Source of the DNA: a virus
DNA length: 64,000 nucleotides
Virus record (IMG/VR): IMGVR_UViG_3300026445_000027
Location: 64,001-128,000 of that record
Direction: 5' to 3' (one strand)
The position numbers and the translations under genes are program-made. Positions 30,800 to 40,636 of this stretch are shown one piece after another. Numbering within the stretch: position 1 is the stretch's first letter; every line of letters begins with the position of its first letter. The notes below the pieces were generated by a model. The model saw only the letters and a list, made by a program, of their open reading frames with translations. It made no database searches and was not told the DNA's origin.

Positions 30800-32245
30800 T
30801 TACTTCTGCTCGATGAAGTATTCGCGCAGGTTATTCAGGAAATTGACGGACTCGGTTACACCGTTTTCGTTACTGGCGATGTTGGTGCTGGTACGAGCCA
30901 AGTAATACGTAGCATTCACGTAGCGCTCTTTAGCTTCGGTTTCACCATTGAAGTACACTTCGACGGAGGTTTCACCGAACAGCGAGCAGTTAACTACGAT
31001 GTTAACCACGGTGCACAGGTGTGCGTAGGCGTTGTTGTACTTGGTGTAGAACTTGTCTTTGAACAGCTGCTTGAAGCGTTCCAGACGGTTGATAGAGTTC
31101 TGATCTTGGTCGGTGATAGACATCCACTCACCAACTACCATTTCCACACCACCGTTGTCACTGAGCCCGCCGAACTCGTGTACGTTGTTGGATGCTGCAA
31201 ACACGATGTGAGTCAGACCAGTACGGATCAACAGGTCGGTAGTCAGCATAGCGATCTCTTGTGCCGTGGTTTCGACCATATTGGACGCACCATAAGCACT
31301 GGAGTTAGCTATCTCATCACGCATCGGGAACCGCGCTTCGTCCAGCATGCTCAAGTCGAGCACGTCCGGCAGGGCAGGGAACACGTCACAGATCTCACCC
31401 AAGGTATAACCCTGGAAACCATTCCAGCTGTAATGGCCAGCACCAATTGCCATTGCCTTGAAGAACGGGTTCTGCGAGATAATCGTTTCCTTCATGCTGC
31501 TGCTGTACAGGCTACCAGCAACCGAGTCCTGCAACGACATGTTGAAGTCTTGGTCATGCAGCACGTTACCAGCAATTTTCAGCAACTGCTTGGCATGGAA
31601 CGTGGAGTCCAGGTTCTGCGTCTTGGATACCAGGGTATGCTTGCCGAGGCTAGCGCCAACGTTACCGTGGTAGTGATCCTGACGGTTCTCCTGCTCAGTG
31701 GACATGTAACCCAATACTTCGTTGGCCATGTCCTCAGGACGTACGGCGCGGAGCTGACGCTGTTGAGTAGGGTCACCCAACAGGAACTGGTCAGAAGCAC
31801 TTACTGCTTGCTTGACCATCGGCATGCCGTCGTACAGATTGGTGATCGACTCTTTGGCTACAGTGTAGCTACGGATTGGTACCAGCATAGTAGCTGGGTC
31901 AATACCACCATCTTCCATCAGACCGCCGCCTGCGCAGTAGAAGAGTACGGTCAGTTCCTCCTCTTTCAGCGCGTCCATCATTACCGAGAACTTGAGCATC
32001 GCCAGACCACAACGTTGGTTGTAAGTCTCTTCGATGTTTACCTGACCGCGTGGGTTGACAGTGAGACCACCAGACTGACCGGCGATGTTGTTGAGCATGG
32101 ACTCGACGATACCGCCTTGTGCTGTGGCCATCAGCATTTGGTCGATGTTTTGCGATTCCAGGTTAAGCTTATTGTGGCGGTGTACGTGCGGATGCACCGG
32201 GTTGCCCATGCCGATACGCGCCATGGTCATCATAATGTCTGCCAT
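30800..32245 (-). CDS. picA: Phage-nucleus protein import factor PicA/Imp1 (gp69-like)
   Basis: 481 aa, directly after the gp68-like gene; assigned mainly by synteny and size. Confidence 0.6.
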   Translation of the reverse strand: MADIMMTMARIGMGNPVHPHVHRHNKLNLESQNIDQMLMATAQGGIVESMLNNIAGQSGGLTVNPRGQVNIEETYNQRCGLAMLKFSVMMDALKEEELTVLFYCAGGGLMEDGGIDPATMLVPIRSYTVAKESITNLYDGMPMVKQAVSASDQFLLGDPTQQRQLRAVRPEDMANEVLGYMSTEQENRQDHYHGNVGASLGKHTLVSKTQNLDSTFHAKQLLKIAGNVLHDQDFNMSLQDSVAGSLYSSSMKETIISQNPFFKAMAIGAGHYSWNGFQGYTLGEICDVFPALPDVLDLSMLDEARFPMRDEIANSSAYGASNMVETTAQEIAMLTTDLLIRTGLTHIVFAASNNVHEFGGLSDNGGVEMVVGEWMSITDQDQNSINRLERFKQLFKDKFYTKYNNAYAHLCTVVNIVVNCSLFGETSVEVYFNGETEAKERYVNATYYLARTSTNIASNENGVTESVNFLNNLREYFIEQK

Positions 32246-32267
32246 TTCTAACCCCTTACTACTTTAA

Positions 32268-33824
32268 TTAACTATTTACTTGTTTGACCAGAGCCATGAA
32301 TTCATTCCGGATATCGTTCTCGATATCGATTGGGAACAAATCACCAGCGGAGACTCGATCGTAGATTACCAGGTCATCCAGTACCCCGTACTCGAGGTTG
32401 GACTGCCAGGTGCCATTACCAAACTGAGTAAGGAAGTCATCTGCGGCTAACAGTGCTTCATTATAACCTCGGTTCTCACTATTGCGTGACTGTACGTCAC
32501 AAATCGATGCCAAATAGTTCTTGTCATCGTCGCTCAGCTTAAGCCCCTCGGCCAAACTGCGCACGCCATTCGGATCGTGGATTGCACCCAAGACCGATGG
32601 TAGGTACTTATATCCTTGTTCGCTCAGTTTAACTTGAGCGAGGGCGATAGCGGCCATCAACTGTGTATAGTTACAAGCTTCCCAGATGAACGAACTAACT
32701 ACGTTCATATAAACCAGTTCCAGCAGTCGCAGGATATGGTTGTGGGTATCGAAGTCCCAGTTGATCGGCAGGTTGTCATAAACCTTCTCGACTAACTGTT
32801 CGTTCTTGATCTCCAATGCAATGCACTGGTATTTGAACCGATCTTTGTAACGTGGTGCATCGGTTTCGTCGAACAAGCCAAAGCTAAAGAACTCTGCTTC
32901 GGATTCCTGGTCGGACTCTTTGACGTCTTCGGTGATACCGTATTTGTCAAAGTTAGAACGCTTGTCTTCCTCGTCTACTCCTGGACGGTCTTCCTTGGGT
33001 TTGAATGTGGCGCTGGTCTCATGCTGCTTAACCGCACCGTTGATACTGTTGGCGATGTTCTTGTCGTATTCGGTTTCAGGGATTACCGCACAGCACAGTC
33101 GATTGAAGATTGCGCTATACAGTACCTTGTCGATGAAAGTGTCGCCACTACCACCGCCGTCGATCTGCGTAGGTACGTCACGCTTGTTGAACGAGAACTG
33201 GAAGTAACTGTTGAGTTTCTCCCAACCAGGCATTTGTGTGATCTGCAAGTTGTCCTTGAGCAACTCGCCTGCTACGATCTCACTGAACCCTGCGCCCATC
33301 CGGCCTTCGAAGCGTTGCAGCACACCAAAGATGATCGGATATACACAACGTACTACGAACAGGAATTTCACCATGTTGACGTAGTCGATGTCAGTGATCG
33401 TCGTCTGAGCTGGGTAATCACCCTTGCTAGCTGCCTCACTCAGGTTCTTTGGAATCTTGAGGTACTTGGAGTTCTCGATGAACGCGCAGTACTTCTTGAT
33501 ATTGATCAGATCCCACACACCGTCACAGATTGGCTTGAGCCTGGCGATCTCGGTATTGTAGTCGAGGAACTTGCCGTGCTCTACGATTGAGTGCGCCCGA
33601 TCGAAAAGTTTGAACAATTCGATTTTCTGTTCAGTGGTCAGTACCGCATCAACGTACTCGTTCATGCAACTGAACAAATTGTTCTCGACGTCAGACTTGT
33701 CCTTGAGTACTTTCTCCAACTGTACCTTAGCACGTCCATGGAACTTTAACGTTTGTTCATTAAGAGATACTTCGATCGCCTTAATGCCCTTTTTACCCGT
33801 ACGCTTGATGTCAATAGAGAACAT
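32268..33824 (-). CDS. nvRNAP sigma-like specificity subunit (gp68-like)
   Basis: About 520 aa, helical; syntenic between the ChmC-like and PicA-like genes; start reassigned to ATG 33824. Confidence 0.65.
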   Translation of the reverse strand: MFSIDIKRTGKKGIKAIEVSLNEQTLKFHGRAKVQLEKVLKDKSDVENNLFSCMNEYVDAVLTTEQKIELFKLFDRAHSIVEHGKFLDYNTEIARLKPICDGVWDLINIKKYCAFIENSKYLKIPKNLSEAASKGDYPAQTTITDIDYVNMVKFLFVVRCVYPIIFGVLQRFEGRMGAGFSEIVAGELLKDNLQITQMPGWEKLNSYFQFSFNKRDVPTQIDGGGSGDTFIDKVLYSAIFNRLCCAVIPETEYDKNIANSINGAVKQHETSATFKPKEDRPGVDEEDKRSNFDKYGITEDVKESDQESEAEFFSFGLFDETDAPRYKDRFKYQCIALEIKNEQLVEKVYDNLPINWDFDTHNHILRLLELVYMNVVSSFIWEACNYTQLMAAIALAQVKLSEQGYKYLPSVLGAIHDPNGVRSLAEGLKLSDDDKNYLASICDVQSRNSENRGYNEALLAADDFLTQFGNGTWQSNLEYGVLDDLVIYDRVSAGDLFPIDIENDIRNEFMALVKQVNS

Positions 33825-33855
33825 ATTTTTAATACCTTGGCTACTCACTACCCTG

Positions 33856-33872
33856 ATAATTTAGGTCTGAAA
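33856..33872 (-). promoter_or_regulatory. Putative early promoter
   Basis: TTTCAGACCTAAATTAT. Confidence 0.45.
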
Positions 33873-33894
33873 TTATCTTAGACAGCTATAATTT

Positions 33895-33925
33895 AAACCT
33901 AGGAGGGGATCACCCTCCTAGGTTT
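33895..33925. terminator. 13-bp hairpin after chmC
   Basis: aaacctaggaggg-gatca-ccctcctaggttt. Confidence 0.7.
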
Positions 33926-33951
33926 TGTAGTCCATTACAGTTAATCAGTCC

Positions 33952-34713
33952 TTAGAACGGAATGTCATCTTCGAAGTCGTCGAAGTTGCTGTTCGACTGG
34001 TTCGGGTTACCGCCGCCATTGCCACCCTGTTGAGTGCCCTGACGGTAGCCACCACCACCACCGCTACCGCCGCCGTTGAAGTCACCCTTCGGCTTCGGTG
34101 GCTCCCAACCATCACGTTCCATGCGGTCCAGGACTTCCTTGTGGAAGTTGACCCACGAACGGGTGTACATGCGCGACATGAAGCCGCTATCTTCCACGAT
34201 CTCGCCGGCGTCGTTGCGTACCATGACCACCGAGGAGTTCGGGCCTTTGAAGCGGGTCTTGACTTTGTAGTCGCCTTTGGTGTAGACCAGGTTGATCACA
34301 CCTTTCTCGTCACGCGAGATCGAGAACATGACCTTGGTGATCGGTTGTTCCGACAGACGCGACTGACCGCCGACACGAACGAAGTCGTGCTTCTTAACGT
34401 AGAACTGACGAGCCGGGAACTCGATCGACATGTTCGAAGCTTCCAGCAGAGCTTCGAAGAGAATGTTGCGGTCGTAGCCGGACATCTCCACTTCTTTGTG
34501 CGGAGATTTCGCACCTTCTTTGAAAATGCCGTCGGAGATCTTCAGAACGATCTTGCCGGCGTTGGTAACTTCCCACATGAACTGTGCAGGGTACTTGCCA
34601 CCTTCCAGCGGTGCATCCGTTGCAGGGTGAGGCTGACGCCAGTCGTTCAGGAAGCTCTTCTTGCGAGGAGTGCCTTGTGGACGACCGCCATTGTTGTTTT
34701 GCTGGTAGCTCAT
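33952..34713 (-). CDS. chmC: ChmC-like nucleic-acid-binding protein (gp67-like)
   Basis: 253 aa; folded core with G/N/Q-rich disordered tails; immediately upstream of the gp68-like gene. Confidence 0.65.
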   Translation of the reverse strand: MSYQQNNNGGRPQGTPRKKSFLNDWRQPHPATDAPLEGGKYPAQFMWEVTNAGKIVLKISDGIFKEGAKSPHKEVEMSGYDRNILFEALLEASNMSIEFPARQFYVKKHDFVRVGGQSRLSEQPITKVMFSISRDEKGVINLVYTKGDYKVKTRFKGPNSSVVMVRNDAGEIVEDSGFMSRMYTRSWVNFHKEVLDRMERDGWEPPKPKGDFNGGGSGGGGGYRQGTQQGGNGGGNPNQSNSNFDDFEDDIPF

Positions 34714-34776
34714 TATTAAATCCTTGAAAAAATGGATACGCCTGGTATAGATTGGATCTACGGTGAGATTACATTG

Positions 34777-35061
34777 CTACTTAGCTTTGTACTCAGGCAT
34801 GGGTTTACCGGTGAAGTGGTTCTCAATGGCTTCTTCCAACCACTGTCTATGTCCAGACTCACCGTGTGCGATTTTGCTAAACAATTCGGGGATCAGTTTG
34901 ATCACCTCTGCGGCCAGCCGGAAATCCCCAGTGGGGATGTCATGACCTTCAGCCGTATTGGTCATATCTTCCAAACCCACACCTAACGCGTGTAGCTTCT
35001 CTTTAAGAGTTGCGTTATCTGCCGGTGGGTACAGGCACTTGCCTTGGAAGTCAAGAGTCAT
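34777..35061 (-). CDS. Small accessory protein
   Basis: 94 aa, AGGAG RBS. Confidence 0.65.
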   Translation of the reverse strand: MTLDFQGKCLYPPADNATLKEKLHALGVGLEDMTNTAEGHDIPTGDFRLAAEVIKLIPELFSKIAHGESGHRQWLEEAIENHFTGKPMPEYKAK

Positions 35062-35070
35062 AAAGGCTCC

Positions 35071-35868
35071 TTAAAGCATGGAGATCAATCCAGCCCGCTC
35101 TACCCCTTGGGGTAGGTTCATGATTGTAGACCGAACCCGAGCGGTACTAGTAGCTGTTGTCCAGTTGGATTCATCGGCGATGCGTTTTACTACCTCGCGG
35201 ATCCCAGCGATACTAGCTTGGAAGTCCGTAGACTTATCACCAAATACCTGAATAGTAAGCCTGTTCAACGGAATGTTGTACAGTTTACTACCGCCTGTCA
35301 GTTTTGTGTTCCAATCAGGATAAGCCTTCAACACCCCCGTATAAGACTCTAATAGTTTTAGCCGCGTAGTGCCATTGGTTTCGCACAGATCCACTGGGTG
35401 GTGTGTCAATACAATACCGTTACCACTAAACACTGGCATACCTACGTCGGTTTCTACTATAAGCTTTTGGTATTTCTCAAAGACCCGATCACACGTGGCT
35501 TTGATTGTCTTTGCAATGGCCTGCTGTTTAGCAGTCCCCTTAGTATGATCTTTGATATCAGCCTTAGGGTACTTACTAGACAGGCTCTTGTAAGACGGGT
35601 AATAGATGACAAACTTCACGGGTTTGCCATTACGATGAGTTTCAACGTATTTGGCTAAGTAGGCAATATCTTCTGCTACTTCCTTAGCCAACACGCTTGG
35701 ATCATGATACTCGGAGTCTTCCTTTGTGTAGGACTCTTGAGCATTGCGCACCAAAGTACGCAGATTGAACAGGATAGAGTCGGTGTTTTTAAGCACCGAC
35801 AAAGCCCCTTGTTCCAATGCCAAGGATGTCCCTACCGAGATTCCTAATGTACCGACGGTACGGCTCAT
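35071..35868 (-). CDS. Divergent PIN/FEN-like 5' nuclease-fold protein
   Basis: LFNLRTL, LTHHPVDL, LLESYTG and VFGD pattern. Confidence 0.45.
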   Translation of the reverse strand: MSRTVGTLGISVGTSLALEQGALSVLKNTDSILFNLRTLVRNAQESYTKEDSEYHDPSVLAKEVAEDIAYLAKYVETHRNGKPVKFVIYYPSYKSLSSKYPKADIKDHTKGTAKQQAIAKTIKATCDRVFEKYQKLIVETDVGMPVFSGNGIVLTHHPVDLCETNGTTRLKLLESYTGVLKAYPDWNTKLTGGSKLYNIPLNRLTIQVFGDKSTDFQASIAGIREVVKRIADESNWTTATSTARVRSTIMNLPQGVERAGLISML

Positions 35869-36992
35869 GAGAATTCCTCCAGTACGGCCATTGCTTCGGC
35901 GTTTGATATGTTGTGTTTGGCCAAGTTGTCTTTGAACGACTGATCAGCTGCCAGTGACTTAGGCAGCGACTCTTTGGTCAACGATGTACCAGTGTAAACC
36001 TTGGTGGTAAACAGGTCCTCGTCAATCAACTCATCGTCATTCTTTTCGTTCTTAGCCTTGATGTGGAAGTACGGGTACTCTTTACTGAGCATGCTGATTA
36101 CAGGGTTGACCACCATTGCGCTACCACCCATAACCCGGATCTGGGAGTGGTGTGGTAACTTGCGCTTCTGGATGAAATCGTGCAGGTCTGTAATCAGGTC
36201 GCCAGCGGTGATATCAGGTGACACTTCCATGGTGAGGTAGGGTAAGGCACCTTTATTCTCCCAGAAATTGATATCACACTTACCGGCTTTCAAATCGAAG
36301 TCCACAACCAATCCACCCTTAGGGTGTTCTTCGCCATGCCCACCACGGTCGAAGGAGCCAGACGTCGCTAGCTTACCTCTACGGACGGGGGTGTGGATAT
36401 GGCCAGCCAGGATGCAGTACCGAGTAATGGACTCCCAGCGTTCTAGGTTGTGGCACTTGTGTCGCATTTTGGCAACTAACTGGAACTCAAATGCACCGTG
36501 GAAGTGGATTTGGTCCACCATATCTAGACCGGCGTCTTGCAGTACCTTTAAAGCAAGGTCCCAGACCTCATCAGGAGTTAAGGCTCCCATGTTGTCTGGA
36601 ACGTACATCACTGTCAGACCATCGAGGTGTTCGTAGGTAACGATACTCAGAGTATCGATATAACGCACATCTAGGCCCGGTGGAGCGAGATTAAGGAAAT
36701 GTCGTGGCTGACACCAGTCGTGCGACGAAGTCCCTTCTAACCACACCACAGTGGCTTTAGGATTAACCTTATAAAGATGATGCAGGAAATCCTTAGCCCA
36801 ATCGAATACCACATGGGTATCTTGGTGCGGTAACTCTACCATGCGTTCAAAGAAATCACCACCGAAGGTGATCATGTCCACTTTAGCAAGGTCATGATCT
36901 TTACGCAGAAACGTAGTGAGGTTATTCAGTACGTGTGTGGTCGGCGTATTTTGGTGGAAGGTGTGGTGATCACTGCTCCATAACAAACGCAT
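35865..36992 (-). CDS. SbcD/Mre11-like metallophosphoesterase nuclease
   Basis: SDHH, GGDFF, GTSSHD and GHIH motifs. Confidence 0.8.
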   Translation of the reverse strand: MRLLWSSDHHTFHQNTPTTHVLNNLTTFLRKDHDLAKVDMITFGGDFFERMVELPHQDTHVVFDWAKDFLHHLYKVNPKATVVWLEGTSSHDWCQPRHFLNLAPPGLDVRYIDTLSIVTYEHLDGLTVMYVPDNMGALTPDEVWDLALKVLQDAGLDMVDQIHFHGAFEFQLVAKMRHKCHNLERWESITRYCILAGHIHTPVRRGKLATSGSFDRGGHGEEHPKGGLVVDFDLKAGKCDINFWENKGALPYLTMEVSPDITAGDLITDLHDFIQKRKLPHHSQIRVMGGSAMVVNPVISMLSKEYPYFHIKAKNEKNDDELIDEDLFTTKVYTGTSLTKESLPKSLAADQSFKDNLAKHNISNAEAMAVLEEFS

Positions 36993-37009
36993 TGTAGTTC
37001 CTTATTTAC

Positions 37010-37792
37010 TTAGCACTCCAGCGGGTCGTAATCTTGTTGCGCACCGGGAGTATCATTTACTTTGGTTTCGGATTTAGCCGCACCAGTGCCGAAGTCGATA
37101 TTCCACTGCTCTTTAACCAGCTTGTTGATGAACTCTTTGTCCTCGTTGGACACGTGCTCATTACGGAAAGCAGCATAAAGAATAGGACGAGCACGGGTCA
37201 GCAGCGACTCATCGATCTGTTCGTTGTGAATGTTGTCACGGATGAACCAGATCTGACCTTCTACGTCCGGGATGATGTTGTTTTTGGCGTAGTACCAGTC
37301 AGACACCATGTCGGTGATAGTCCGTGGCTTAACGTTAGCCAGGGAGTTCTCGGAGAGTTCTGCCAACTGCGCCGAAGCCATCGGGTCAGCCGAACGTTGC
37401 GAGTCAGCCGAGATCTGTTTGATCGCCTGCTCGATGTGACGGAACATGCGGTACTGCTCAGGGCCCAAGTTGTTGGAAACCAGCGGGGGAATGATCAGCA
37501 TTGGTTTGTTGTCTTTGTCGATGATCATCACCGATTGCAGACCGTCAGCCGACAGGTCCAGCCACTCTTGGGTGTTGAAGTAGTTGCGACCGTTACGACG
37601 ACCCAGAGCAAACTGGATCAGCCACTTGGCCTTGAACTCGTCTTCGTCCATGACCGTGGAGACGTTGAAGGGCACGGTCTCACCTTTGGCGGTCATCATG
37701 CGCTTGCCGTCTACTTCGGATACGGTGTAATCTTTCAGCCACCCGAAGGACTCTTCGATGATGCGCTGTTTGGTGGTCATTGGTTGAGTCAT
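37010..37792 (-). CDS. Conserved hypothetical protein
   Basis: 260 aa, coupled to the upstream gene. Confidence 0.7.
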   Translation of the reverse strand: MTQPMTTKQRIIEESFGWLKDYTVSEVDGKRMMTAKGETVPFNVSTVMDEDEFKAKWLIQFALGRRNGRNYFNTQEWLDLSADGLQSVMIIDKDNKPMLIIPPLVSNNLGPEQYRMFRHIEQAIKQISADSQRSADPMASAQLAELSENSLANVKPRTITDMVSDWYYAKNNIIPDVEGQIWFIRDNIHNEQIDESLLTRARPILYAAFRNEHVSNEDKEFINKLVKEQWNIDFGTGAAKSETKVNDTPGAQQDYDPLEC

Positions 37793-38196
37793 CGTGCTAA
37801 TCTCTCTTCGTCAAGGATGCGGTATTGTTCACCGGTTTTCTCAATGGTGCGCCCTAAATCATAGACCTTGCCGTCAACAAATACTCTTATGTCCAACTGG
37901 ACAGTGTACAGTGACCTGGACTCTCTGATGTACTTGTAGGTCACAGTTACCTCAGACCCTGGGAACATCTCGTCCATGTAGCTCTTGAGCTCCTGGTTGG
38001 CTTTCTCAACCAGTTTCTCTGGGGTGTTACCGTATTTCATGAACAGGTAAAAGAAACTTGGCACCTGTCCGATTACTTTACCCTGGTTACGGCGACTCTC
38101 TAACCAGTAGGTAAAATGTTTGGCTAACGCAGTCTCTACCGACTGGGTTTCCCAACCAACACTGGAATCCATCGAACCTAAACAAAAAGTAGACAT
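37789..38196 (-). CDS. Small conserved protein, possible T4 gp25-like fold
   Basis: Start reassigned to ATG 38196 because the longer ORF crosses a terminator; helix followed by a three-strand C-terminus. Confidence 0.5.
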   Translation of the reverse strand: MSTFCLGSMDSSVGWETQSVETALAKHFTYWLESRRNQGKVIGQVPSFFYLFMKYGNTPEKLVEKANQELKSYMDEMFPGSEVTVTYKYIRESRSLYTVQLDIRVFVDGKVYDLGRTIEKTGEQYRILDEERLAR

Positions 38197-38230
38197 TACG
38201 CTATACCCGCTAGTGGTTATCGTAAAATCG

Positions 38231-38276
38231 AAAAAAAAATAAACAGTTGGGCTAAGGGGTGTTGCCACCCCCTAGC
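38231..38276 (-). terminator. Intrinsic terminator
   Basis: Hairpin at 38251-38276 followed on the minus strand by a T-rich tract ending in T9. Confidence 0.65.
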
Positions 38277-38284
38277 TTTACAAC

Positions 38285-38902
38285 TTACTGCTCGCTAACT
38301 ACGTCGTCGTCTTCCGACTTAACATTGAACAACCCTTGCGCACGATGGTAGTCAGTTGCCTTCCAGGTGCGGTGGATCGAGTCGAGGTCACTGAACGACA
38401 CCTGAGTACCACCAGTGTCGAAGAAGTGACTGTGCGACAACGTGTGTTTGCCGTCTACTGTTTGCAAGTCCAGGATCCCGTGCATCGCTTTACGATAGAA
38501 CGGGTTGGCAATACCCACACCTTTACAAGTGGCATGAGTGTCTGTCAGACCTTCGATCAACCCATCCAGCTTAGCCTGCATGTGAAGCGGGTTAGCCATG
38601 ATGTAGTTGGCCATCAGTCCCTGAGCTGACATGATGTCGTTTGCGTAACCAATGAAACCGATGTCGAAACGACCAATGTGGGCACGCCCACCCTGCGATA
38701 GCAAGCGACGACCGAATTCCCAGGCACGCGAGTTCAGGAAGTTATTGAAACCATCCAGAATCTTCGTAGCCTGTCCGGCCAGCCAGCCACCAGCAGCTTG
38801 TACAGCGGCGACATTTTGGTTGACGTAAGCAGCATTCTGCGCAATCTGCTGATCGGTAAAGCTACCCGACATCGCATATGCAAATGCATGAGCGCTGTTC
38901 AT
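38285..38902 (-). CDS. Conserved hypothetical protein after the nvRNAP catalytic subunit
   Basis: 205 aa, GGAG RBS. Confidence 0.7.
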   Translation of the reverse strand: MNSAHAFAYAMSGSFTDQQIAQNAAYVNQNVAAVQAAGGWLAGQATKILDGFNNFLNSRAWEFGRRLLSQGGRAHIGRFDIGFIGYANDIMSAQGLMANYIMANPLHMQAKLDGLIEGLTDTHATCKGVGIANPFYRKAMHGILDLQTVDGKHTLSHSHFFDTGGTQVSFSDLDSIHRTWKATDYHRAQGLFNVKSEDDDVVSEQ

Positions 38903-38925
38903 TGCCTAAGCCTCCCTAGTACGGA

Positions 38926-40548
38926 TTAATCAATAATGGCATGCGTATGCATCAGTGTGTTCAAGTTCATCAGGTTGGTAGCCGTTTGCGAGGCATAGTC
39001 ACCTACCTTGAACGGATTGTTCCGATCCAACGTCTGGTGATGACCCCAACCACCATACGCTTTTGCTTTGGATTCGTTATCCACCAATACAACCGCATAG
39101 ATTTGGTCACCATCGAAGTCGGCGTTCTGGATCTTAACACCCAAGATTGGGAGTTTGAACGATTCGTCTTCGAGGTCCCGGTTTACCCCAAACTTAAAGG
39201 TACGGCAACTCAGGTATTCGATCGATGGATTTCGACCTGCCTGAATCAAGCACTTGTTGTTCTCTTCCATGTCGCGGAAGAACTCATCAATCAACGGATC
39301 GATATGATAAGCCGCCTGCTTAATGCGGGCCAGTGCTTGATACGGGGTGTGACCACGACGGTACAGATAGTTCTTGATGTGGATTTCCAACATCGAGATT
39401 GCCATTTTCCACGGCACTATCAGCAAGTCAGGATCAATTACACCAGTTTGCGACGTAATAATAGACCGGCCAGTGAAAGGAACCGATCCAGACGCGCAGT
39501 GTTTCCGGTTTAAGCCATGTTTCTCAAACAGCCCTTTCGGGTTGTTCGTCGACCGGTACTGCTCGGACAACATTACCAGAGTCTTGCCTACCGTCTCGGC
39601 GTTCTTCTGGAGTTCCGCTTCGGTCAGCTGATGGCAGATGTTGGACTTGAGAGAGTCCACCAACGTGACATACATAGCCGCCGTGATTGGCTGATACGAA
39701 TACGAGAACGTATCTTTACCAGATTTCTCCAGGATGGTGCTGTAGCGGTTTGGCACTTTCATGTAATACGGGAAGGCAATGTCTTTATTGCGCTCCCACA
39801 CTTCCATGTAAGCAGGACCCTCTTTGGTATCCTTGAAATACTTACGACCCGGGCCTATCAGGATGTACTCCATCAAGGCATCAGCATTACGGTAGAACGT
39901 GTTGATGTTGAACTCGGAAATACCCAAGGTTTCGAACATGTTGCGCAGAACGATACCGGTCGTGTTGCGGTTCTTGTCGACTTCTCGACGGTAATCCTTA
40001 TCTAGGAAATACCACGGCACACAGACTTTAGGGCTACCTATTGCGATGTTGCTGAAAAACGTTGCCAGAAACCCGAGGTTGACGAAACGGTCTACCCCTT
40101 CTGGTGCTTTCAGCCAGAGTTTGGTTTTATCTCCTTTATTAAGGAATTTCTCTGGTGGATCACCACATCGATCACAGATCTGCGGGCGGTCTTCGCGCAA
40201 GCGGAAGTTACCACGCAAATGTCCACACGAACACTTGGCAATAGTTTCGAAGCTATTACCACTGAACTCCATGCGGGTTAAACGTCCCAGGGTTTCCCGG
40301 TGTTCTTCCAGCTTGAGGTCCAGGTCATTCAGGTAGATCGGCCGCAGCTTGCTGGTGTCGTGCAGGTAGTCGTAGTTCTCGAAGTCCGGATAAAGGGGCT
40401 TGGAGTACCGCGGGTCATCCGTTACGATCCCACCGAAGGGAGCAGCAAACTTATTAAAGAAAGGCATCGGATCGATGCGTTCTTCACTGTAACTTGTCAG
40501 TAACGCAATGGCTTTGGCGTTTGACTCATTAATAGCAGGTAGTTCCAT
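38926..40548 (-). CDS. Non-virion RNAP beta' N-terminal catalytic subunit (gp55-like)
   Basis: NADFDGD, CSCG..CDRC Zn finger, GRSII, RNPSI. Confidence 0.9.
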   Translation of the reverse strand: MELPAINESNAKAIALLTSYSEERIDPMPFFNKFAAPFGGIVTDDPRYSKPLYPDFENYDYLHDTSKLRPIYLNDLDLKLEEHRETLGRLTRMEFSGNSFETIAKCSCGHLRGNFRLREDRPQICDRCGDPPEKFLNKGDKTKLWLKAPEGVDRFVNLGFLATFFSNIAIGSPKVCVPWYFLDKDYRREVDKNRNTTGIVLRNMFETLGISEFNINTFYRNADALMEYILIGPGRKYFKDTKEGPAYMEVWERNKDIAFPYYMKVPNRYSTILEKSGKDTFSYSYQPITAAMYVTLVDSLKSNICHQLTEAELQKNAETVGKTLVMLSEQYRSTNNPKGLFEKHGLNRKHCASGSVPFTGRSIITSQTGVIDPDLLIVPWKMAISMLEIHIKNYLYRRGHTPYQALARIKQAAYHIDPLIDEFFRDMEENNKCLIQAGRNPSIEYLSCRTFKFGVNRDLEDESFKLPILGVKIQNADFDGDQIYAVVLVDNESKAKAYGGWGHHQTLDRNNPFKVGDYASQTATNLMNLNTLMHTHAIID

Positions 40549-40574
40549 GGCGAACCCCTAAAAACTAAAAAGCA

Positions 40575-40616
40575 GAATAGAGGCTAGGGAGGCGCGAACC
40601 CCCCTAGCCTTTATTC
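40575..40616 (-). terminator. Hairpin after chimallin
   Basis: gaatagaggctagggagg...cccccctagcctttattc with an upstream A-run. Confidence 0.65.
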
Positions 40617-40636
40617 AGTTAAAGGCCAAAACCTTA

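Noticed and set aside
33952-34713. Ordinary OB-fold bacterial-type SSB
   Set aside because: Only the tail matches; the core lacks SSB N-terminal motifs and synteny points to ChmC
38197-38268. N-terminal extension of 37789-38268 and its T9 run as a frameshift site
   Set aside because: The run is the U-tract of a terminator hairpin; ATG 38196 is the better start
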